From the IMG/VR virus record IMGVR_UViG_3300035703_000005, positions 1 through 64,000 of that record: 64,000 nucleotides of DNA, one strand, 5' to 3'. A program made the position numbers and the translations under genes. Below the pieces are notes generated by a model. The model did no database searches. It was given only the letters and a program-made list of their open reading frames with translations, and was not told the DNA's origin. The stretch's first letter is position 1; the number at the start of each line of letters is the position of its first letter. Below, piece by piece: positions 37,336-45,548 of the stretch.

Positions 37336-37605
37336 TCAATCTTTAGGCATTTCCTCTGGATTTTCCAGAGCCACTTCAAAAAGAAGTGGGTGACACATTT
37401 CATCAATCAGATAATTAGACCATTTAAACATATCTTCGGCACTATATTCGTAATTATTATTAGCTTCTACCTGAATATATGGATCATCTTGCATAATTAA
37501 AGGAATATCATCAAAGGTAAAAGGAATTCCATTTATAAAATACATATCCACAATCTCACCTTCGTGGTAACAATATGATGAGGTGATTTTGTAGTGATAG
37601 GACAT
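37336..37605 (-). CDS. Conserved cyanophage hypothetical protein
   Basis: ORF track 37336..37620; probable start MSYHYKITSS. Confidence 0.7.
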   Translation of the reverse strand: MSYHYKITSSYCYHEGEIVDMYFINGIPFTFDDIPLIMQDDPYIQVEANNNYEYSAEDMFKWSNYLIDEMCHPLLFEVALENPEEMPKD

Positions 37606-37606
37606 T

Positions 37607-37936
37607 TTACATATCTGCAATTTTGTCTAATCTTTCCAGAGAATTTTCCATCTCTGCAAATAATTGGTTAATATTATTTCCATTAAATCCCAAAAACTTT
37701 GCTGCATCTTCAATTCTTTCTTTCATTTCAAGTGCTTCTGGGTCATCAGATAAAGAGAGACGGAAGTATAAATTCTTCTGTTTCTCTAGAAAAGTTCTCA
37801 TGAGTTCAACATGTTCCTTCTTCTCTTCCTTACTCATAACAGGAGCTTTGAAGGTATCTTGAATAATTTTTTGTTGAAGTTCTTCCATCTCTTTGATGGA
37901 TTCCCTTACAATTTCGGATTGAAAGAATCCACTCAC
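37607..37936 (-). CDS. DUF1825-like protein
   Basis: FFQSEIVRE...LLEKQK-like FLEKQKNLYFRLSLSDDPEA.EMKE. Confidence 0.7.
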   Translation of the reverse strand: MSGFFQSEIVRESIKEMEELQQKIIQDTFKAPVMSKEEKKEHVELMRTFLEKQKNLYFRLSLSDDPEALEMKERIEDAAKFLGFNGNNINQLFAEMENSLERLDKIADM

Positions 37937-38523
37937 AATACGATCTCCTTTAGTGTTTGTGTGTACTTTTCCTTATCAATATTTAGGAAGGACTTGTATT
38001 TTTTTATACGTAAACTGACTGATTCCCACACTGGATCCATGAGTTTTTTATCAAATTTTTTAGTAAAGTTCAGAATCATATCCATGATCACAAAGGTTTC
38101 TATGGATACAGCGTTTTGTAAATATTTTTTAAGAATTTCTGGATGAGAAGAACCTTTAATTTCAAACATCGAATCAAAGGTTTCTTTGTGTAGGAAAACT
38201 TCAGCCTCTGTCTTAAAGAGATAAAAGAGGCTTTGTGATCTTTTTAACCAGTTTGCGTAATTCTTTTCACCTGATTCAATAATTTCACCGATCCAAAGTT
38301 TAGATGGATCATCACATTCTACAAAATTAGCCAAGAAATATTGACGAATTTCATCATCGGACTTCTGACGAGACATGCGTTCAAAAAAGTAACGATCTTT
38401 TCTTTTATTGAACGATTCTTTAGAAGCCCTAGATTTTCCGCAATATTGAAAGTAATCGTAGTTTGGTTTAGTGAAATGATTTTTGAATGCCAGGTATGTT
38501 TTGTATACCTCTATTGGCGTCAT
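37933..38523 (-). CDS. gp59: Helicase loader gp59
   Basis: VYKTYLAFKNHFT..NYDYFQY.GK...F.KRKDRYFF; upstream of gp32. Confidence 0.85.
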   Translation of the reverse strand: MTPIEVYKTYLAFKNHFTKPNYDYFQYCGKSRASKESFNKRKDRYFFERMSRQKSDDEIRQYFLANFVECDDPSKLWIGEIIESGEKNYANWLKRSQSLFYLFKTEAEVFLHKETFDSMFEIKGSSHPEILKKYLQNAVSIETFVIMDMILNFTKKFDKKLMDPVWESVSLRIKKYKSFLNIDKEKYTQTLKEIVL

Positions 38524-38526
38524 AAA

Positions 38527-38790
38527 TCAAAAACTCAATTTTGCACGACTAGTTTTCTTTAAAAAGTTAAGTTGTGTAGCTTCACTCTTAAGTTTTTCTT
38601 TCAGGGGTTTTGAAATAAGTTTAGAAACGGATTCAAATTCTATTCCATTTTCTTCACAATAAGTGACAATAGCTTCAATATAATTAATTTTTGAAGTCAT
38701 GACTAGATATTCAATATCCTGAGCAAACTTGGACTGACAAAGAAACTTTTCCTTAATGAGTGAATTTACTTCCTCAGTTGTGTTCTGCAT
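38527..38790 (-). CDS. gp33: Late-transcription coactivator gp33
   Basis: YIEAIVTYCEENGIE...ISKPLKEKLK.EA..LNFLK; start at the ATG at 38790. Confidence 0.85.
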   Translation of the reverse strand: MQNTTEEVNSLIKEKFLCQSKFAQDIEYLVMTSKINYIEAIVTYCEENGIEFESVSKLISKPLKEKLKSEATQLNFLKKTSRAKLSF

Positions 38791-39460
38791 AGGTTCCTGT
38801 TTTGTGAGTAACGTACTCTCTGATGTATTTGGTAAGAAGTTTAATATAGTAATCTTTGTTGCGTTTTTCATAAACGAAGCATTCTCCATTGTCAGCGACC
38901 ATAATTGTAATCAATTTTTTAACTGGAATACCAGTCATTTCATAATACATGCAAGCATATGCTGTTTCCTGGACAAAATAATTTTCAATCCATTCTTCAG
39001 GTTTAATTTTTTTTGAAGTCTTGAAGTCAATGACTGCGAGCTCTCCTTCGTACTCTGCGATGCAATCTACTCTACCCGCGAGTCCCAAGTAGTCACTATA
39101 AAGTGACTTTTCTAAAGCATGTATATTATTTATACGATCTAGATAAGGTTTTGCAGCAAGAAAAAGAAATTTTGTTACGGGAAGAGGATTGTACTTATCA
39201 ACATCCTCATTTAACAAATACTTTTCAACAATATCGTGAAACTTAGTTCCACGGTCTGTAGCAACTTTAGTGATCTTATTGGCTTCTTCCTCACCAACTT
39301 TTTTACGCCACTCAATGAATTTTTGTCTTCCATAAAAACTAGTTACGGAAGTAATAGAAGGATATAATTTACCAGAAGGGGTACGATAAAATCTCGTACC
39401 CTCAATCATTTCCGCTTCTAAGTCAACTTCTTCTTTTAAATAATCTAGATGAACAAACAT
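38774..39460 (-). CDS. PD-(D/E)xK exonuclease
   Basis: YPSITSV, RGTKFH, AGRVDCIAE, IDFKTS, Q.TAYA. Confidence 0.85.
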   Translation of the reverse strand: MFVHLDYLKEEVDLEAEMIEGTRFYRTPSGKLYPSITSVTSFYGRQKFIEWRKKVGEEEANKITKVATDRGTKFHDIVEKYLLNEDVDKYNPLPVTKFLFLAAKPYLDRINNIHALEKSLYSDYLGLAGRVDCIAEYEGELAVIDFKTSKKIKPEEWIENYFVQETAYACMYYEMTGIPVKKLITIMVADNGECFVYEKRNKDYYIKLLTKYIREYVTHKTGTYAEHN

Positions 39461-40218
39461 TACATACCTAAAGTCAGTTTAGTAACAATATAGTTTTTGA
39501 CGAGTCCAGAACGAACGATATCATCAACTCCAAATTCAACAACAGAAAAATCATATTCCATTGCACGAATAATTTTCATGAAATCCAAAATTCCATTTTT
39601 TTCATGAGTTTTGACGAGATCAGATTGAGTTGCGTCACCACAAAAAACAATCTTACTATTCTCACCAATACGAGTAATTATACTATCTAATTCATGGAAA
39701 TTCAAGTTTTGCATTTCATCAACAAGTACGATTGCATTGTCGAGAGTAGTACCACGAATAAAACTAGTTGACCAGAATGAAATAGTTTCTTGTGCTTTTA
39801 AGTTTCCATAAAGCATTTCAAAATCAGAGTCACTTGGAAGTTCGAACATGTATTTACACATGTTTTTATATGGAATTTGATAAAGAGAAGATTTGTCTTC
39901 GTGGTCCCCTGGCAAAAATCCAATTTCACGAGTAGAGACGAGAGATCTTACAATATAAACTTTTTCATATGGAGTTCTCTCATCAAGAACATCTTTTAAT
40001 GCAAGATAAAGTCCAACAAATGTTTTTCCTGTCCCTGCTGCACCATAAGCAAAAATATTTTTGCCTTTTTTATATTCTTCAAAGAATTTAGTTTGATTAT
40101 CAGTCAATGGAGAAATATTCACCATTGAGTCTGAATTTATTGGTTTTTTACGGCGCATCTGTTTTGCGCTCATACCAATACCGATGTTACCATTAGAAGA
40201 CTTTCTTGATCTTGGCAT
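39460..40218 (-). CDS. phoH: PhoH-family ATPase
   Basis: GAAGTGKT, GFLPG, FIRGTTL, DEMQN, GDATQSD, DIVRSGLV. Confidence 0.95.
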   Translation of the reverse strand: MPRSRKSSNGNIGIGMSAKQMRRKKPINSDSMVNISPLTDNQTKFFEEYKKGKNIFAYGAAGTGKTFVGLYLALKDVLDERTPYEKVYIVRSLVSTREIGFLPGDHEDKSSLYQIPYKNMCKYMFELPSDSDFEMLYGNLKAQETISFWSTSFIRGTTLDNAIVLVDEMQNLNFHELDSIITRIGENSKIVFCGDATQSDLVKTHEKNGILDFMKIIRAMEYDFSVVEFGVDDIVRSGLVKNYIVTKLTLGM

Positions 40219-40219
40219 A

Positions 40220-40468
40220 CTAGATTTTCTTTACGCGAGAACCAGGTGCTTTAGAGGCTTTAGTGAGAACATCATTCCAGCCTGGATTTCTGGAAATGAG
40301 TTTGTCTTTCCACTCGCCAACTTCACCAGAACCAGGACAGGTAGATGGATCACTCCAATCTCTATCCCAGTCTGGATTGTTTTTCTTCCACTGATCCCAG
40401 TCGTGAACACTCATAGACACTTCTTTCTGTTCACCAGTGGACTTATTAATAACAGGATACGTCGCCAT
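40220..40468 (-). CDS. Conserved cyanophage hypothetical protein
   Basis: ORF track 40220..40486; MATYPVINKSTGEQKE. Confidence 0.7.
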   Translation of the reverse strand: MATYPVINKSTGEQKEVSMSVHDWDQWKKNNPDWDRDWSDPSTCPGSGEVGEWKDKLISRNPGWNDVLTKASKAPGSRVKKI

Positions 40469-40497
40469 GAGATTTACAAATTTCAATTATGATTTAT

Positions 40498-40677
40498 TTA
40501 TTGACTGATTTCAAGTTCAGAATAGTCTAGTTTTTGGAGTTCTTCAGGTTTAATTTCTTTTGTCAAAAAATTTCCATTTTCACTATATTCTATAATATAG
40601 TTATTTTCAGTTGCATCTACAATTTTGCATGTAGTCCAAACTTTATCTTTTGATAAAGCTTGTGTTTGATAGTACAT
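40498..40677 (-). CDS. Hypothetical protein (59 aa), not in ORF track
   Basis: Hand translation MYYQTQALSKDKVWTTCKIVD...; GAGG Shine-Dalgarno upstream. Confidence 0.6.
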   Translation of the reverse strand: MYYQTQALSKDKVWTTCKIVDATENNYIIEYSENGNFLTKEIKPEELQKLDYSELEISQ

Positions 40678-40707
40678 TTTACCTCCTCAGTGGGGTACTT
40701 GTATATA

Positions 40708-41340
40708 TCACCACTCTAGAGCCTCTGAGACTGAAGGGAATTGTTCTTTGAATACTTCCTTACAAGCTAGGGCAATCTCCATGTGTTCTTTTTGGGTTCC
40801 GTGTGCAGAACGAAGATTGATGTAATGAATCCATGAGCGGCAAGAACCGGTCATATAGATGCGTGTGGGAGTCGCCAAGGGGAGTACAAACCTAGCACAC
40901 TCCTTTGCCACCTCCGACTCAAGAAGTTCCTTGTAGAGTTCCTGGGCAGCGTCAAAATGATCTTGAATCTTTGCATACAAATGAATCTTAAGATCAATGG
41001 GAAGATCATCAATAGAATTCTGACGATTCTTGGTATCCTGACGGCGAAGTTCAGGAAGTGGAATCTCATCTCCTAAAAGATTAGTATCTGCATATCGTTG
41101 TGAAAATTCCTGGAACGTAAATGAACGGTGGCGAAGGATTTGGGCCGCGATACCGCGATTTGTTTCAATCTCAAGAGTCATAGAAGACTGTTCAAACACA
41201 GACCAATGATTATGCTTAATACAATAAGCAAGCAACTTGGCATAGTTTTCGTTGTCTTGATTCGCAGGATTAGAAACTCGCGCAATATACGCCATTGTTT
41301 TTTCTGCATCTGGAGTGATAGAAATAAGTTTTACAGTCAT
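40708..41340 (-). CDS. thyX: FAD-dependent thymidylate synthase
   Basis: HWSVFE, RHRSFTFQEFSQRY, KECARFVLP. Confidence 0.97.
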   Translation of the reverse strand: MTVKLISITPDAEKTMAYIARVSNPANQDNENYAKLLAYCIKHNHWSVFEQSSMTLEIETNRGIAAQILRHRSFTFQEFSQRYADTNLLGDEIPLPELRRQDTKNRQNSIDDLPIDLKIHLYAKIQDHFDAAQELYKELLESEVAKECARFVLPLATPTRIYMTGSCRSWIHYINLRSAHGTQKEHMEIALACKEVFKEQFPSVSEALEW

Positions 41341-41361
41341 TTAATTCCTCGGTCAGTAGTG

Positions 41362-41517
41362 TCAATCTTCGTCAAAAATCTCATCATAATCTGAGATGTG
41401 GTTCAAATTTTCTTTTACTTGTTTATAAGAATCTGGATCAGAATAAATCTCCATTTTTAATGCACCTACAAGTGACTCCAGATTTCTTACAATCAATTTA
41501 AGTTTTTCTTTGTCCAT
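41362..41517 (-). CDS. Hypothetical protein (51 aa), not in ORF track
   Basis: Hand translation MDKEKLKLIVRNLESLVGALKMEIYSDPDSYK... Confidence 0.65.
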   Translation of the reverse strand: MDKEKLKLIVRNLESLVGALKMEIYSDPDSYKQVKENLNHISDYDEIFDED

Positions 41518-41548
41518 GATTATTCATAGTCTTTCACTATTTTACTAC

Positions 41549-41572
41549 AAAAAAAAGGAGGTGTAAACCTCC
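41549..41572 (-). terminator. Rho-independent terminator closing the riboswitch/DUF4278 unit
   Basis: GGAGGT-TTAC-ACCTCC followed by TTTTTTTT on the minus strand. Confidence 0.8.
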
Positions 41573-41580
41573 CCGAAATA

Positions 41581-41682
41581 TTAAGCAACTTGTGGTTGTT
41601 TTGCCATATTCAGTTGTGCGATTTTAAGAAAATTTTCTTTTTTTACTTTTTGTTTAAGATAGCGAACGAAATACGTATTCAT
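41581..41682 (-). CDS. Basic peptide (33 aa), not in ORF track
   Basis: MNTYFVRYLKQKVKKENFLKIAQLNMAKQPQVA; ATGA overlap with the upstream stop. Confidence 0.6.
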   Translation of the reverse strand: MNTYFVRYLKQKVKKENFLKIAQLNMAKQPQVA

Positions 41683-41810
41683 TTTTGCGCCCCCTTTACA
41701 AACTTAACTCCACGATATGTTTCGTTATGTTGCTGAGGTTGCTGTTGCGCCTGTTGTTGACGGCGAACTTCGGTGTCATATGCGACACCGCGATATACAA
41801 CTTGTGACAT
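41679..41810 (-). CDS. DUF4278-like peptide (43 aa), not in ORF track
   Basis: MSQVVYRGVAYDTEVRRQQQAQQQPQQHNETYRGVKFVKGAQK with two YRGV motifs; AAGGAG Shine-Dalgarno. Confidence 0.8.
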   Translation of the reverse strand: MSQVVYRGVAYDTEVRRQQQAQQQPQQHNETYRGVKFVKGAQK

Positions 41811-41842
41811 TAGGTTTCTCCTTAATGGTTTAGGTTAAAGAG

Positions 41843-41927
41843 CGTTCCTTCAGTCGGCTTTTGCGTCCCATTGGGGATGAACGATCCGTTCCGAGTCGGC
41901 TTACTTCCGTCGCATTAGCGATGAACG
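41843..41927 (-). ncRNA. Tandem glutamine-riboswitch-like RNA (glnA / Downstream-peptide family)
   Basis: Two 41-nt units closed by CGUUC/GAACG, each with a 4-bp hairpin; GGAAGUAAG and UGAAG junction motifs. Confidence 0.7.
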
Positions 41928-41937
41928 TTAGAGGATT

Positions 41938-41967
41938 ATTATACCTCCATTCATCCTATATAGTCAA
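41938..41967 (-). promoter_or_regulatory. Sigma70-type promoter
   Basis: TTGACT 41967-41962, 18-nt spacer, TATAAT 41943-41938. Confidence 0.7.
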
Positions 41968-41974
41968 GTAATTC

Positions 41975-41990
41975 TGTAACTTTTATTACA
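41975..41990. promoter_or_regulatory. NtcA-type box TGTA-N8-TACA
   Basis: TGTA ACTTTTAT TACA inside an 11-bp-arm inverted repeat at 41969-41996. Confidence 0.55.
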
Positions 41991-41993
41991 GAA

Positions 41994-42245
41994 TTAAGAT
42001 TCATTAAGAGCAAAATCCAAAGCTCTTTTGGCAGTTGAAAGTAACCTATATCTTCTTTTATCTTCTGCATAAGGTATAGAAAGAGAAAATCCCAGAAGAT
42101 CACCATTAGGATCATCTGGGATTCCTACTGGTTGCACAAAAAATATTCCTGCATGTGCAACACATTTCCAACCAATATCAACAAAACCTAAATCTCTCAA
42201 CGCACATTCTAGTTTGAGAGAATAACATCCGTCTTCTAGAGTCAT
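41994..42245 (-). CDS. Conserved hypothetical protein
   Basis: ORF track. Confidence 0.7.
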   Translation of the reverse strand: MTLEDGCYSLKLECALRDLGFVDIGWKCVAHAGIFFVQPVGIPDDPNGDLLGFSLSIPYAEDKRRYRLLSTAKRALDFALNES

Positions 42246-42267
42246 GTACGGTAAACCGAACTCTCAA

Positions 42268-42465
42268 TTATTTAGAGTTGATTCTAGCCTCTAACTGATT
42301 GATACGACTAAACTCTTCGTATGCCTGTTCGGATCTTTCGTGAAGAATATCCATCAGATCATCATAGATCACATCAATGTCCACATAGTCATTGAAGTAT
42401 GTTTCTAAAGCTTCTCGAAGATATCTTTTGCGATTCCACTCTGGTGAGTAGGGTTTATAATCCAT
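42268..42465 (-). CDS. Hypothetical protein
   Basis: ORF track. Confidence 0.7.
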   Translation of the reverse strand: MDYKPYSPEWNRKRYLREALETYFNDYVDIDVIYDDLMDILHERSEQAYEEFSRINQLEARINSK

Positions 42466-42501
42466 GATACTGATAATTATATGATTATTATTTTAATTCT
42501 T

Positions 42502-42720
42502 TTACTCAGGATTGTCAAGTTCGTTCAGATAATCTATCCACCAATCTGGATCTTTCTTAACTTTCCAATCTGGCACTTCCATTCCTCTCTCAAAGTACCA
42601 CTCAAATAATGCCTTATCTATCTTTTCCGAAATTTCAGTCTGTCTCATCCTCTTCATCAGTATCTCCATATGGGTTTTCCACATAGGGTCCATGTTTTCG
42701 TTTGGCATCTTGTCGGACAT
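42502..42720 (-). CDS. Hypothetical protein (true start probably downstream of 42720)
   Basis: ORF track; 5' part overlaps 42635..42826. Confidence 0.6.
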   Translation of the reverse strand: MSDKMPNENMDPMWKTHMEILMKRMRQTEISEKIDKALFEWYFERGMEVPDWKVKKDPDWWIDYLNELDNPE

Positions 42721-42826
42721 AATTTACTTCTGATACGCTAGACGACAACCACAAAGATACTTTCATTATAACATAAATTATTGCAAGAGGAAGAAAACAT
42801 AGAGAAACGATAAGTGCGTGTTTCAT
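42635..42826 (-). CDS. Small membrane protein
   Basis: Hydrophobic N-terminus, acidic tail. Confidence 0.6.
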   Translation of the reverse strand: MKHALIVSLCFLPLAIIYVIMKVSLWLSSSVSEVNYVRQDAKRKHGPYVENPYGDTDEEDETD

Positions 42827-43026
42827 TCTTCAATCTCCCAACATCTTTCAAATTTACCTCTCAACTCATTGATTTTCATTTCTTCCCAATAAGTTAAGAT
42901 ATGTTGATTAATTTCCTTTTCTTGTTCAGTAAAATCTAAACGATATTTATTTTTTAACACAATCACTTTTGTCATATCATCCAGAAAAGTCGTCGGCATA
43001 TCCAAAAACTCTTCGTAAGTCATCAA
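42823..43026 (-). CDS. Hypothetical protein
   Basis: ORF track; ATGA overlap. Confidence 0.65.
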   Translation of the reverse strand: MMTYEEFLDMPTTFLDDMTKVIVLKNKYRLDFTEQEKEINQHILTYWEEMKINELRGKFERCWEIEE

Positions 43027-43496
43027 TCTCCAAGCATATGAATGACTGGGTTTTCTTGAGTTAAAATGTGGTAAAGATCTTTATTCTGTGCTGCTGATAC
43101 AGGAATAAACTCTGTTTTATCATCAAAATCTTCATCACGAATTGCTTGATTAATGACTATTGATCCTTCTTCTCCTGACCAAGAGCGATGAAAAGTCATT
43201 TTTGGAATCACAAGAGCACCAGAAGAACGATTAAGATGTACAATATGATATGGATATCTCCATTCGGGATTCACCAACTCAAACGTTCTCATACCAGACA
43301 GAACACGGTTGTGGTCTATCTGGTGATAGTGAATATAAAACTGCTTTGCTCCTACAATATCATCAGGAGGAGAGATAGCAGGACCAGTATGAACAACAAG
43401 GTCTTGAGCATTTGACTGCTCCACTGAAATATCATAGAAAACAACCGCATCTGTTTCACGGAAAACTCTGTGTTTTTTGAATTGAACTTCACTCAT
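43023..43496 (-). CDS. Conserved hypothetical protein, His-rich cupin-like
   Basis: DLVVHTGPAISPP, FYIHYHQIDHNRVLSG, LVIPKMTFHRS. Confidence 0.7.
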   Translation of the reverse strand: MSEVQFKKHRVFRETDAVVFYDISVEQSNAQDLVVHTGPAISPPDDIVGAKQFYIHYHQIDHNRVLSGMRTFELVNPEWRYPYHIVHLNRSSGALVIPKMTFHRSWSGEEGSIVINQAIRDEDFDDKTEFIPVSAAQNKDLYHILTQENPVIHMLGD

Positions 43497-43825
43497 CAGT
43501 CTCTGCGTCTCCATTCGTCATTATCACTATCTCTATCACGACCAAACCATTCTGCAATATCATCAGGAGAATCAAAACCTCTAATTCCTTTACTCTCGTG
43601 ACCAAACCCACCAATATCTAACTGATTCAAAAAATCATCAAGGTCACCTTCTTGCATTTCAGGATTCTCTGCTTTTCTTCTTGCCTGACGAAGAAACTTT
43701 GATGCTGTCTGATTTGCCTTTGCAAGTTTCTCTGCCCAAATCATATCCTCTAGGGATACTTCTTGATGCTTTGCAATTTTTTCACAGATTAATTCAAGAC
43801 GAAGACGATATTGTGTAGAGAGCAT
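43496..43825 (-). CDS. Conserved hypothetical protein
   Basis: ORF track. Confidence 0.7.
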   Translation of the reverse strand: MLSTQYRLRLELICEKIAKHQEVSLEDMIWAEKLAKANQTASKFLRQARRKAENPEMQEGDLDDFLNQLDIGGFGHESKGIRGFDSPDDIAEWFGRDRDSDNDEWRRRD

Positions 43826-43844
43826 ATGTAATCCCCATATAAGG

Positions 43845-44045
43845 TTATTTAGAATTTTGTTTTACAAGATCAAAGTATATTTTATAATATTTTTTACATA
43901 AATTTCGTATATAATTATACTCTTCTTCTTCGCCCAATCTATCCAAAAAATAAGATACTCCTTCAAGTTCGCTGATAAGTCTTAGGATACTAGTAGGATT
44001 ATCGGGATCAAAGTTCCAATCTTTTCTTCTTTTGGTTTGTGTCAC
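43845..44045 (-). CDS. Hypothetical protein
   Basis: ORF track. Confidence 0.65.
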   Translation of the reverse strand: MTQTKRRKDWNFDPDNPTSILRLISELEGVSYFLDRLGEEEEYNYIRNLCKKYYKIYFDLVKQNSK

Positions 44046-44368
44046 CTTTCAATATAACTTAAAGTATGATCTGTTGCGTATAGTTGTTCGATAATCATAT
44101 CACATCCAATTTTTGGATCGCAATCTCCACATGTATAAACATCACAAGCAGCTTTACCATCTTCAGGCCATGTATGAATACTTATGTGACTTTCAGATAA
44201 CAAACATAAAACGGTAACTCCTTGTGGATCAAACTTTTTAAAGATGGTTTGACATACCGTTGCACCACTTGCAGTTGCTGCTTGTTCTAAGAGTTCCATA
44301 AGATAATGCTCATCGTTTAGTAAAACGAATGAGCATCCAAAGAGATTTAGAAGATAGTGTTTGCCCAT
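44042..44368 (-). CDS. speD: S-adenosylmethionine decarboxylase proenzyme
   Basis: F.PQGVTVLCLLSESHISIHTWPE...DVYTCG with the ES self-cleavage site. Confidence 0.95.
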   Translation of the reverse strand: MGKHYLLNLFGCSFVLLNDEHYLMELLEQAATASGATVCQTIFKKFDPQGVTVLCLLSESHISIHTWPEDGKAACDVYTCGDCDPKIGCDMIIEQLYATDHTLSYIER

Positions 44369-44611
44369 CTAAGTAGGATTATCCTCCTGATCCTTAAGTA
44401 AACGACTAACAATTTGTTCTCTTCCGTCCATCATAGCTACAGTGTAAATAGAAGATCTCATATATCTTTTAATTTTTTTATATTGTTTTCTCACTTCTTT
44501 GATTGCATCAAGATTCATTTCAACATTCATATTACCAGAAATTACTTTTTTTTCTTCTTCTCTGGTGGTTGATAGTTCCACATCTTTGGATTGATCGTTC
44601 CTTCCGTCCAT
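44369..44611 (-). CDS. Hypothetical protein
   Basis: ORF track. Confidence 0.6.
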   Translation of the reverse strand: MDGRNDQSKDVELSTTREEEKKVISGNMNVEMNLDAIKEVRKQYKKIKRYMRSSIYTVAMMDGREQIVSRLLKDQEDNPT

Positions 44612-44799
44612 TTAATACCTCTTACATCTCTATATTTGTCCCAATAATAATTAAAAATATCAAATTGTGATCCTGCTTGGACTACATCATGCTGCACATC
44701 ATCGTCCACTCCGTAAGTTACCAAATAAGAATTTCTTGGTAGATCACGATTTTTAGCAACGGATGGATCACAATTTCCATGAATAATGTTCACAGACAT
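44542..44799 (-). CDS. Hypothetical protein (start MSVNIIH)
   Basis: ORF track 44542..44847. Confidence 0.65.
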   Translation of the reverse strand: MSVNIIHGNCDPSVAKNRDLPRNSYLVTYGVDDDVQHDVVQAGSQFDIFNYYWDKYRDVRGIKWTEGTINPKMWNYQPPEKKKKK

Positions 44800-44800
44800 A

Positions 44801-45352
44801 TTAAGAACGATTCCCCCACTGGATATCTGGATAAGCCTCGGAAACAAGTTCTTTGGTTATATTATATTTAGTTTGTAGTTTTTTGTCCTTTACAAGACAT
44901 AATACTTCAGCTTCACCCGGATGAAAAGATTCAAGAATATTGATAAACATGGTCTCTTTGCGGAGTCTATTCATCGCATCATTACCACCTTTCACAAAAT
45001 TATAGAATTTACTCCACTCTTTACGAATGTTTGAAGATGGAGATTTCTCAGCATTTTCATTTTGTTGAATTGGTACTTCACCTTCAGGAAGAACTGACAC
45101 AATAGAGTCGTCAAAATTCCAAATCAACAGAGACTTGAGAAAATTTTCATTATATTGTCGGAGAATACCAATCTTCCTGTCCTTAGTTCTTTCTGCAACT
45201 ACAGCTGCAAAAATCTCATGAACATAAGAGGTTGGGGTAAGTTGAATTTTTTCAGCAGGTTTTTCTGCAGGTTTCCTACTAGTAGGAGTCTTTTTTGCGG
45301 CTGTAGAAGTTTTTCTACTAGTCGTCGCCGTCTTCTTCGTCGTAGTCGTCAT
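44801..45352 (-). CDS. Conserved cyanophage hypothetical protein with T/K/S/A-rich N-terminus
   Basis: ORF track 44801..45376. Confidence 0.7.
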   Translation of the reverse strand: MTTTTKKTATTSRKTSTAAKKTPTSRKPAEKPAEKIQLTPTSYVHEIFAAVVAERTKDRKIGILRQYNENFLKSLLIWNFDDSIVSVLPEGEVPIQQNENAEKSPSSNIRKEWSKFYNFVKGGNDAMNRLRKETMFINILESFHPGEAEVLCLVKDKKLQTKYNITKELVSEAYPDIQWGNRS

Positions 45353-45548
45353 AGCTATTTTCAAATCGTACTGCAATTACTTCGTCAGGGATAAGGTTCC
45401 CTTGATTATCAAACATTTCGGGGTGCGCGAATACTTGTTGCGGAGTGGAGAAAACTACATGTTCTTTCCATAACCATCCAACTATACCACCAACAATCAA
45501 GAACATGAAAGATACCATGCAAAAGATGGCAACTACTGGTGCTGTCAT
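45318..45548 (-). CDS. Single-pass membrane protein
   Basis: Hydrophobic N-terminal helix, acidic tail. Confidence 0.65.
   Translation of the reverse strand: MTAPVVAIFCMVSFMFLIVGGIVGWLWKEHVVFSTPQQVFAHPEMFDNQGNLIPDEVIAVRFENSYDDYDEEDGDD

Noticed and set aside
38774-39460. Cas4 or CRISPR-associated locus
   Set aside because: No repeat-spacer array or other cas genes; this exonuclease sits in the usual phoH-exonuclease-gp33-gp59 block.
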